From the NCBI RefSeq assembly GCF_009914755.1, contig NC_060927.1: DNA of 64,000 nt; one strand, written 5' to 3'. The stretch's first letter is position 1, and each line of letters starts with the position of its first letter. The DNA comes from the human T2T-CHM13v2.0 reference genome, Homo sapiens. The notes under the pieces are model-generated. The model was not told the DNA's origin. It was given only the letters and a program-made list of their open reading frames with translations, and searched no databases. Made by a program: the position numbers and the translations under genes. Shown one piece after another: positions 53,688 to 64,000 of the stretch.

Positions 53688-54203
53688 CAGTCAAATCTGA
53701 TTACATGTCTCTTTTTCTCTCCTCTTTTCTGCATGATGGTGCTGTCATAAAATTTGTTTCTCTAAATATTGTTCTGTTATGTTACCTCTGTGTCTTAGTG
53801 TATTATTACATTTGAGTTTTTAAGCCTAAAAAACATTCTGTCCTCATCCAGCAGATGCTGAATCTGTTAGTTTAAGCTAAAGAACTACTTTATTTCTCTT
53901 ATCTCCAAATTCGTGGTGAAAGGAAGGCATTTGTCATGGTAGAAGTTTCTATTACATGATAATTAGAAAAAAGTGGGACCAAGAGTAACAATAAGTCAGA
54001 GTCACAGGAAATGAGCCATGGCAAATCTTTCCTTATTAGGTGTCAGCATTATTGAAGGCTTCTTTTAATATCATGTTCTCTGTGGTGGCTTTGTATTTAT
54101 CAAGCAAAATTCTGACAATCAATTTCCAAAGTATGCTTCCTTATTAAAATATAATGTACTCACTGATTGATCCAGAAATACACATATATACAGTATATAA
54201 CAT

Positions 54204-54269
54204 TGTGTATATATACATACATATACACACATATATATACACATATATATACATATATACACACATATA

Positions 54270-54328
<59 letters not shown>
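54204..54328. repeat. Compound (TA)n/(CA)n microsatellite
   Basis: tatatac units, then (CA)n, then (TA)n. Confidence 0.95.
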
Positions 54329-54700
54329 CAGTGTAGCTGAGTCATTGCATCTTGAAGTAATATGGTTTGAGAAGCAGTCTCTAGGATCTAGGATTTTTGT
54401 TCAAAACCAGCAATAATCTTTTTGTCCATGTCCCAAAGCCCAAAGCATTTGACCTTGCAGAGATGCTTAATAACTGATTGACTATTTGACAGAATTTTTA
54501 GAGATCTTTTTCAAATCTATATGCACTCTGAAATCCTAGAAACAGAGTCAGAATATTGTGATGCTTTTCATGGCTCTGCCACTATCTCACTATGAGGTTT
54601 TCCCCTCTCAGAGGCTTTAGAAATGATTGCTTTGGTTTCCTAAAGTTCACGTCACTGAAAAGATTAAGTGTATTTCCTCTCATAGCAAAAGCCTCTTCAG

Positions 54701-54975
54701 TGGCGGGCTGAGGTGGGAGGAATCCTGAGGTCAGGAGCTTGAAACCTGCCTGGGCAACATAGTGAGACCCTGTCTCTACAGAAAAGAAAAAAATAGCTAG
54801 GTGTGGTGACAAACGACTGTAGTCCGAGCTACTCGAGAGGCTGAGGTGAGAGGATCACTTAAGCTTAGGAGCTTGAGGCTACAGTGAGCTATGATCACAC
54901 CAGTGCACTACAGCCTGAGCAACAGAATAAGACCCTATCTCTATAAAATAATGAACTAACTAAATAAATAAATAA
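54701..54975 (+). mobile_element. Alu (AluJ), 5' truncated
   Basis: cctgggcaacatagtgagaccctgtctctac, gaggctacagtgagctatgatc, (taaa)n tail. Confidence 0.92.
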
Positions 54976-57440
54976 GACTACTATATCTGGCAAAGACATG
55001 CTTCAAAAATGAAGAAGATATGCCTTGCTTCTCAGACAGACACAAGATAAGAGAGTTCGCTACCACTGTCTCACAAGGAACACTAAAGAAAATTCCTCAA
55101 GCAGTAATGAATGAAGGCTAATTACTAACATAAAAACATATGAAACTATTTAATTCGTTAATAAAGGGAAATATATAGTCAAATTTTGAATACTATAATA
55201 CCGTAATGGTGGTGTACAAATTACACAACCCTAGTATAGTGGTAAAAAGATTAAATTATTTAAAATAAATGTAGCTATAATAATTTATTACTGGATACAC
55301 TGTATAAAAAGATGTAAATGGTGACATTAAGAACATAAAATGTGGGAGAAAGCAAAAGTATAGTTTTTTGTATGCAATTGAAATTAAACCATCATCAGCC
55401 CAAAATAGTCAGGTATAGCTATAAGATATTTTATGTAGGCATAATGGTAACCACGAAGCAATAATCTATAATAGATACACAAAAGACAAAGGGAAAGGAA
55501 TCAAAGCATGCCCACTGCAAAATATCTCTGAATCACAAAGGAAGACATCAAGAAAGGAACAGAGAATCTACAAAACAGTCAGAAAACAATGAACAAAATG
55601 GCAATATTAAGTTCTTATGTGAATAATTACCTCAAATGTAAATTGATTAAATTATTCAATAAAAATAAACATTAAAAAATTCTATAGTATCACGAAGTGG
55701 GATTTATCCCAGGGTATAAGGGTGGTTTCACATAGGTAAATCAAGCACTGTGATATACCACATTAACAGAACGAAAGATAAAACCAAATGATCACATCAA
55801 TCGATGCAGAGAAAGCACTTGATACAAGTTTAGCAACATTATTGATAAAAACTATCAACAATTTCTGTATAGAAAGAAATTTACTCAAGATAATAAACGT
55901 CATTTATAAAAATCCCTAGCTAACATCATAATCAATAAGAAAAAACTGAAAGTTTTTCATATAATATCCAATATGAGGAAATGATGCCCATTCTCACCAC
56001 AGCTATTTAATGTAGTATCGGAAGTACTAGCAAGAGCAATCAGACAATAAAAAGAAATAAAGGCATCAAAATTGAAAAGGAAGTAGTAAAATTATACCTG
56101 TTTGCTGATGACACTATATTATGGAGAAAAACCCTGAAAAGACATAGAGGAAAACTGTTAGCACTATTAAGTAAATTCAGTAAAGTTTCACGATACAGTA
56201 TCAACATACAAAAATCAGTTGCATTTCCCTACAACAATAATGACCTATCTAAAAAAGAAATCAAGAAAAGCATCCCATTTATAATAGCACCAAAGAGAAT
56301 AAAATACTTAGGAATATATTTAACCGAGGAGATAAAAGAACTACACACTTAAATCTATAAAATGTGAATGATAGAAATTAAATAAAACACACAAAAATGT
56401 AAAGATATCCCATGTTAATGCACTGGAAGAATTAATATTATTAAAATATCCATGCTACCCAAAGTAATATACAGATTCAATGCCATCTCTATCAAAATTC
56501 CAGTGGTGCTTTTCATGGAAATAGAAATATTTATTATAAGATTCATATGGAACCACAAAAGACCTCAAGAAGCCAAAGCAACTTTGAGCAAAAAGAACAA
56601 AACTGGAAACTTTACGCTTCCTGATTTCAAATTATATTGCAAATCTGTAGTAGTCGAAACAGCATGGTTACTGGTTAAAAACAGACATAGACCAATGGAG
56701 CAGAATGGAGCCCAGAAATAAACCTGAACATATATGGTCAACTTATTTATGATAAGGGCACCGAGGAGACGCAACAGGATAAGGATGATCTCTTCAACAA
56801 ACCGTATTGGGTAAAATGGACATCCACATGCATATGAATGAAGTTAGACCTTAATCTTACACTACACACAAAAATGTACTCAAAACAGATTACAAACCTA
56901 AATGCAATACATGAAACCATAAAACTCCTGGAAGGAAACATAAGAGAAACACTCTTTGACATTGACCTGGGCAATGATTTATTTTTTTTTAATATATGTA
57001 CACCAAAAGCTCAGGCAACAACAACAACAACAACAAACACGTGGGGATACATCGAACCGAAAAGCTTCTGCACAGCAAAGAAAACAATCAACAAAATTAA
57101 AAAGCAGCCTATTGATTGTGAAAAAATATTGGCAAACCATATACCTGACAAGGGATTACTATCCAAAATACATAAGTAACTCGCAGAACTCAATAGGAAA
57201 AAAAAAGTAATGTGGTTTAAACATGGGCAAAGGACCTCAATAGTCATTTCTCTAAAGCACATATAAAAATGAGCAACAGGTGAATGAAAAGGTGCTCAAT
57301 ATCACTAATCACCAGGGAATTGCAAATCAAATTCACGAAAAGATACCATCTCACACCCATTAGCATGGCTGCTATTAAAAAGACAAGAAATAGCAAGTGT
57401 TGGCAAGGATATGATGAAAAGTGAACACTTTTACACTGTG
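54976..57440 (+). mobile_element. L1M (MA/MB-like) with a large internal gap, truncated at both ends
   Basis: ORF1 end and spacer, ORF2 start at ~55598, jump at ~55685 to the RT region (gtgggatttatcccaggg; LFADD at ~56098; [16 protein letters not shown]); ends at gaacacttttacactgt. Confidence 0.88.
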
Positions 57441-57450
57441 TTCATAAACA

Positions 57451-57669
57451 CTTTTGTGAAAACTGTGTGTGTATATATATGTATATACATACACATATAT
57501 ACACATACATATATACACATACATATATGCACATACATATATACATATATACATATATACATATATACACTGTGTTCATAAACACTTATGAAAACTGTGT
57601 GTGTGTATATATGTGTATATGTGTATATATGTATATATGTATGTGTATATATGTATATATATATGTATG

Positions 57670-57714
<45 letters not shown>

Positions 57715-57720
57715 TAAAAG
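57451..57720. repeat. ~270-bp imperfect palindrome built from TA/CA/TG microsatellite with unique caps
   Basis: cttttgtgaaaactgtgtgtgt (57451) versus acacacacagttttcataaaag (ends 57720); centre ttcataa-acac-ttatgaa at 57575-57592. Confidence 0.88.
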
Positions 57721-57722
57721 GA

Positions 57723-58197
57723 TGTGTTATTCCAAATCCATTCTCTACTTTTCTTGGTCCTGCCATATGCCCTCAGAAGCTGACATCAACCAACTATATC
57801 TCCTGGGCTTCCTTGACCTCTGCTTCTTATTGAATTGACCAATGGAAATACAAGAAAGCAAGGTTCAGGAGGGTATGGAGTGCTGAGTATTTATGCTTCT
57901 ACATCCCACAATTGTGTGCCAGGTGATGATTTAGCAGTGCCTAAATTCTTTACCAGCTCCTCTTAGGGAACTTTCTTTCACTGCTATCTTTCCAGATTCT
58001 GACAGCAACCGTTTCCACCCTTGACCCTTCAGGCCAAGAGATTACGAGATTTTCCCACTGTTGCTAGTATCTGGGTACTTTGTCATTCTTTATTGGCTCC
58101 CTTTTCCATGCACACATTTTTATAAATGTGTCCTTCATTAAGCTTTCCTCGGATTAACCTTTGGAATGTGCTTCCTTCTTGGACTCTGACTGATACA
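57723..58197 (+). mobile_element. ERVL solo LTR (LTR33-like)
   Basis: ccttgacccttcaggcc..ttcccactgttgctagt..tccttcattaagc..ggactctgactgataca terminus. Confidence 0.6.
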
Positions 58198-59230
58198 AAT
58201 GAACATTTGATATCGATATATGACTTAATCATTATTTTAAAATGCATAAACCAGGACACTATCAGTGCCACTCTTATCATTCTCTGCCCTAGTCATTTTG
58301 TCTTCTTTATACAAGGCATACATTTTTCTGAACTAGATTTATCAATTTTTTGCGGGCAGGTACTATATTTTATAGATCTGTGTGCTTCTGCCCAGAGCAT
58401 AAGCATAATTGGCATTCAAAGAATATTAAATTAAAATTATATTCATATAAATTATGCTAAAGTAAGATAGTGAATTGGTATGTAAGATACTTTAAAATTC
58501 ATCCAAATATGTTGTTAATTTTAAATAGGCAGATTATGAAGGCAGTGACAGTGGCCTTTGGAGTAGAAAAGAGTCATGACTTTAAGCTGATATAGTTCAA
58601 ATTAAGTTAACTATATCAGTTAATCTGATATCATTTCAATATTTAATTGAAAACAGAACATTTTTCCTTCTTAAAAGTTCCTTTTTAAGGTAATTTATGT
58701 AAATGTTATATAAATTTATCCCATTTATAACTTTAAAAATTTCAATGTCCTTTTCAAAGGTTTTGCAAAGTTGGCTTATTGCTTTCTGAATATCTGAAAG
58801 CAATTTTATGGATGAAAACTTTAGAATATATAGATTTTAAAAATCTAAAAGCATGTTTAAGTGGATTATAAATGCTTTCAATGTACAAGAAGGCCCACTT
58901 ACAATTACTGACTTTAATTACCTCTAGATTCAAAGTTTTCAGAGTGCATTTACCAAAACATGTCTTTTTCTGGTAATCTTATCTAGTCGAATTCATGTGG
59001 TAGTCAGCAACTGCTAACTAAAAGTTTCAAGTCTCTTTGTAGAGCCATGAACTTTATATGTTAACCTGGCCTATTTTCCCACCAAAGCTCTTTATATTTG
59101 CAATCTAAATTAGACATTTCAATTAAAATGGTTTCCTGAAACTATTAACATAAAAAGACTTTGAAAATGTAATAATTTATATTGGATTCATCTAACTTTG
59201 GAAACCATTGCCTCTGGGAGCTTTTATTAT

Positions 59231-59850
59231 TTCAACATTCATTCATGAACAAATATTTTATATGTGCTTGGAACTATGCTAGCCTCTAAGAATAGGGTGA
59301 TGTTGAACAAGATAGGTACAATCTCCGACATTAAATATATTAGTCTGGGAAAACAGCCAACTAGATGAATAATTTTTATAAGGTGTAATCAGAAAAAGGA
59401 TAGAGTAAAATGCTTTTGCAGCAGGGAAAAAATTTAGTTACTAGGTAAAGAAAAGTATCTCAGAATAACTGACCGTTATAATAATATCTGAATAGGAGTC
59501 AGAAGATTAAAACAAATAGGAAGGTATTATGAAAGATAGATTAGTCTAGAATGACAGAACAGCAAACACAAAGGCTCATATTCTGGAAAAGGTTACTGAA
59601 GACATTTTTTAAATGATCTTTATTCTTATAAAACAAAATCATGCAGATAAAGTTGAGATTGCAGAGGCACATCAGATCATGAAGTGCCTTATAATTAACA
59701 TTACAGAAATTGGACTTTGTCCCACAAATGATAAAAAGAACGATGCTTAAAAAAAGGGAAACGATGTGATAGATTTACATTTTGAGAAAATCATCATGAT
59801 TAAATACAGTGTTTATATCTAAACAGGAAAACTGAAGACAATGAAAAGCG
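59231..59850 (-). mobile_element. L2 3' fragment
   Basis: cattcattcatgaacaaatatt..tatgtgc..aactatgctag..gaacaagata; cagatcatgaagtgcctt..ttggacttt; gatagatttacattttgagaaaatca. Confidence 0.75.
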
Positions 59851-61267
59851 TTAAAACCAATGATCATTCAAGTAGTAACTTTATCATTTGTGCAGGTGTC
59901 TGTATATACATTATCCTCCAATAAAGAGTTTACTTAAAGATTTTTAAAGAGCTATTGAGTACTACTTTGTGCTAGTCACTAATGGATAATGGGGATACAT
60001 AAGAAACAATAACTTGATTTAATAAAAAAGAAAAAATGAAAGTAAAAATAAGCATATGAAACAAGTAGAAAAAAATAGTAAGATAAGCATCAAGTCTAAA
60101 TATACCAGTACGTACTGATGTATTATTATCATTAATAAAAATATATTTTTTATTAAATTTATTTTTAAAAGACAGCTCTGTGCTGCTCATAAATGACATA
60201 CTTGATATATGAGAACATAAAAATCTGAAAGAATATGTAGAATATAAATCCAATTGTGAAATAGCTATTGGAGCCATCCCTACTCCATTTTCTGAGAGCT
60301 TTACCTTGAGGCCAAGTTTTTCTCTTACCTGATTTATTACCATAACTACTTTCCTGATCTCACAGCTCCCCATCCTGCCCCTCACTCTCTATGTATATAT
60401 GGTTCAATCACTTCTTTACGCTTCTAAGAGAGTTACCTTTCTAAAATTCAAGGCTGATGCAAGACCTCAATTCTGTTCCCTACTCTCACCTCTGGGATAA
60501 AGAACCTTGTCTTATTCAACTTCATTTATAGACCCCAGTGTAGTGTTTCTCACATACTACATGCTCAATTACTGTTTGGTTAATAAAGTAAATGACTCTA
60601 AAATGGTTATGTTTAAAAAGGACTGAGTTGGACGTGTGAGTGTGTGTGCTTGTGTGCATGCGTGTGCATTTGAGTGGATGAGAGACAGAGAGAGGAAGGT
60701 CATTAAGATCATAGAATAAAGTGCTTATGAAAAGAGATCATCTGGTATTTGAGTAAAACTCTAATGATGGAAAATAAGAATGAGCAAGATTAAACACCAC
60801 GCCCATAATTCTGTCTTAACTGAAAAATCATAATATAGGAAAGATGAAGCAAGGGAAAACTAGAAAATGTTTTAGGGGTACTTGCTGATCACACTCAGAA
60901 GGAAGCATAAATTCAATTCAATCTAACTTACGTCAACTGGCTCTCAGTGCTCTTTCTAGCCATGAAAGGAAGACAGTTTTTCAGTTCCCAATGCTACGTC
61001 AAGTATAAAAAATTCAAATAGGTAAGTAACAGTCCTGACATCAAGACATTCTAGATCTTCTGGCCAGAATGAAAGGAGGTTATTCTTCCTAGGTTATACC
61101 TAATGTAACCTGAAATGGTCCAAGAAGCACATCTTCAAGTAGGAGAGACCTCAATTCATATTTAAAGCATAAATAGAAGCTGATTTTCAGAATAGGCTAA
61201 TACATTGGATACTCCTTCAAGATAACATTGTTTAAATTTTTGACAACATTTACAGTCAACTTCCTGA

Positions 61268-61505
61268 GTGGTTAAGAGCTCAGACTCTGGACCCAGATTG
61301 CTCAGGTTCAAATTCAGACTTTGCCTTCACTAGCCATGTTGACTTTGAGCAAGTTATTTAAACTCTGTGGGCTTCAGTTTTCTCATTTTTAAAATGGGAA
61401 TGATAACAATAACCCCTACCTCACAGATTATTTTTTGTGAGGATTGAAAGGGTAAATACATGTAAAACATTAGAACAGTTTCTGCTACTTAGTTAATGCT
61501 AGTCA
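61268..61505 (+). mobile_element. MIR, near full length
   Basis: gtggttaagagctcagactctgg..ggttcaaatt..tgactttgagcaagttatttaa..cttcagttttctcatttttaaaatgggaatgata..tacctcacag..tgtgaggatt. Confidence 0.88.
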
Positions 61506-62369
61506 GAGATACCTATTGCCATTTATTTTCAGAAGTTGGCTGAGTTCTCTCTGTGGGATGCTCACAGAAGCATGTAGCCACTCTATTGTTCTGAGCAATC
61601 TAGCTCTGTCCCCAAATTTTTATATCCCACACACCAAATCAAGACTCATTTTCCTTCGAAGGTAGTTTACAGAATTCTACTACTTAACTTTGCCTCTTGG
61701 GAACCTCACCCTGACACAGGGTTCAGTGTTCCTTCCAATTATCAATATTACTGTCTCTGGTAAACTCAATAGTTTCTCTGGTGTGTGACAGTTTCAGTGA
61801 TGTGTGACAGTTTCAGTGATGTGTCTCCTTTCTTCTAGGTCAGGAGCCCAGTAACAATGTCACAAGCCCGCTCACCAGGGATTAAGAAAATTGCAAGGCG
61901 TGTGTCTGTGAATGAGGGCTTGAAAGGGGAAAGAGAAAGATCTTAGCATTCTAAGAAGAGGGGCTTGATTGTTTTTTTATTTTATTTTACTTTATAGTGA
62001 ATTACTTAAGTTTGGACTCCATAATCTCTTTATGTTTCTTTACAGTCCCGAGACACTGATAAATTTCTACCTGGTCACAAGTAGGCAGCCCAGCTTAAAT
62101 GTGGGGTAATTGACCCCCAAACACATAATTGCCTGATCACAGTTCCCTGTTCAATTTTTGCACCAAATTGAAATCTCAGGTTTTTGTCTGACCAAAGAGG
62201 TTATGCATTTGGATATATCTTAGCTAGATTATATGAGAGAATTTTTAAAATCTCCTTTGCTAAAATAAATTTTTTGGGAGGAAAGCCTTCATAATATGTA
62301 TCCAATCCGGCAACCCCTGTACCCAAGAGAAGTTCTGAGCAGACATTCAAAACATGCTTGCTGAAAGAC

Positions 62370-62518
62370 TGACCAAACAAATGAGTTAATCATTTCCCTC
62401 ACCCAAAAAATGAGACAATTTCCCATTTTTTATTTTGTATGGTGACCAAATAAATGAGTTAATCATTTCCCTCACCCAGAAAGTGAGCCAGTTTCCCATT
62501 TTTTATTTCATATGGTGA
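62370..62518. repeat. 73-bp tandem duplication (2 copies, several mismatches)
   Basis: tgaccaaa(c/t)aaatgagttaatcatttccctcaccca... at 62370 and 62443. Confidence 0.95.
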
Positions 62519-63039
62519 ATTTATCTTTTTCCAAAGCCTCCAGCTCAGACTGTGTTTAACACTCCATTAAACAAGGGAAAGCCTTGCTGTTGCCAGATGG
62601 TTTTTGCAAACTTACTCTTCCTGCAAAAGAGCAAACTGGAAAGGCTTCCTGCAAAAGAGCAAAATGGAAAGCAATCAAAAACAGCAATAGGTGGGAAATG
62701 TAGATAACTATTTGTCTCATGTAGGTCACTTGGCTCCATTATGGAGAAAGCAGCATGTCCTCTAAACACACAGTTTTTAGAACCAGTATCTTGATGCAAA
62801 TGCTTCCCCATCAATTAGTAACCTTTGGTTGAGATATGCACGTACCTTCCAGACCTCACTGTTAATAAGAAGCCACAAGGAGCATAAAGAAAAAGAAAGC
62901 CCAGTATATAAGATTATTTTTTAAAAAGTTAAGCACAAGTATATAACCAGTACTCTTGCCATGGAACAAGTATCATTGAAGTGTTCATAGGAAGCATTGT
63001 GACTTCTCTAGAGATGCCAAGGAAAAAATCAGCAATTAA

Positions 63040-63282
63040 AATAGCAAAACAAAGTGTTTAACTATGTGCCACATAATGTCCTAATAGTTTTACGAACATT
63101 AAATCATTTACTCTTCACAACATGTGGAGTGCTATTGTTATAACTGCCCCTTTACAAATGATAAAACCTAAGCAAAAAAAGTTTAGAAATGTTTCTAAGA
63201 GTCTCGCAGATAGTAAGTGGCAGAGTCTGGATGCAAACCAGCTATTTTAACTCCATGTTCTGTGCCTTAACTACTATGCTAT
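63040..63282 (-). mobile_element. MIR, near full length
   Basis: actatgtgcca..tcatttactcttcacaac..ccctttacaaatgataaaac..tagtaagtggcagagtctggatgcaaacc..ttaactactatgct. Confidence 0.85.
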
Positions 63283-64000
63283 ATAGGAAATAATGATAAT
63301 AAACAACAAGTTTTAAAAAACGGATCATACCTCTAAAGCCTCTGAACTAAACCAGTTGATAATGTATTTTTAATTTGAGCTTCTAGCAAATCAATATAAT
63401 AAATGTATGTGCTAATCACCGTGTTTCACTCTGTGGAATCACAAAATGATTTACAAAGAACAATTTCTCTGTCAGAAAATTTACAGTGAAATTTGAGGCA
63501 GATGTGTACAACCAATGATAACGAGTCAAATGAATTAAGTGCCACAATAGAGAGACACTTTGTGACGTGAGAGGTCACTATTAGAAACAATTGGTAATGG
63601 AATTTTTTAAATTTATTTCAAATAGTTAAACTAAGAGTCCAGGATACAGGGGCTTAAAATCACAAACAGAAGGTTATAATCATATAAGTGGTAAGGTATA
63701 AATAGCAAAGTTTAGAAATCAAAAGATGTTTTATCTATGACTGGTTCTTTCACTAACTAGCAGAGTTTCAGTTACCTTATCTTTTATGTAGAGATATGGA
63801 AATGTTTCATTCACATTTATTTACATTTTTGGTTGGTTTCAGTGGATCATGCATTTAGGTGAGATTCAGGTAACAAAATGTGGAAAAATGGGCACAGCAA
63901 TCTGTGTGGGTATTGTTAGTGTAGTCATCATGAACTTTTGATGCTTTTCATTTGCTGCCATACAACAAAATTCACTATAGCCACCTCGTATGTACGCTGT

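Noticed and set aside
53449-54336. His/Thr-, Cys/Val- and Tyr/Ile-rich ORFs
   Set aside because: They are translations of CA/TA microsatellites; the same applies to 57431-57838.
59972-60385. 137-aa minus-strand ORF
   Set aside because: Low-complexity AT-rich composition, no recognisable domain, and partial overlap with probable L2 remnants.

Overview
Primate (probably human or great-ape) AT-rich, repeat-dense DNA, either intergenic or deep intronic. Everything was read by eye, and repeat subfamily names come from remembered consensus motifs and need RepeatMasker/Dfam confirmation. I find no intact protein-coding gene, RNA gene or CRISPR array; the ORF track is explained by decayed LINE-1 ORF1/ORF2, MaLR internal sequence, Alus and microsatellites. 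Main elements are an L1MA-type LINE (1-4750), a full-length decayed L1PA11/12-like element (17710-24790), a short young L1PA2-like 3' end (51842-52142), an internally deleted L1M (54976-57440), a complete MST-type MaLR provirus (48035-50744), a three-LTR nest (45818-47285), seven Alus, and many MIR, L2, old LTR and DNA-transposon remnants. I see no evidence for a new gene system. The most notable structures not explained by repeat annotation are locally templated rearrangements: a ~435-bp, ~92% identical inverted duplication of host DNA inserted into an L1 (30977-32270), a ~270-bp imperfect palindrome at an L1 break point (57451-57720), and ~220 bp of proviral internal sequence present in only one LTR of the MST provirus (48352-48573).
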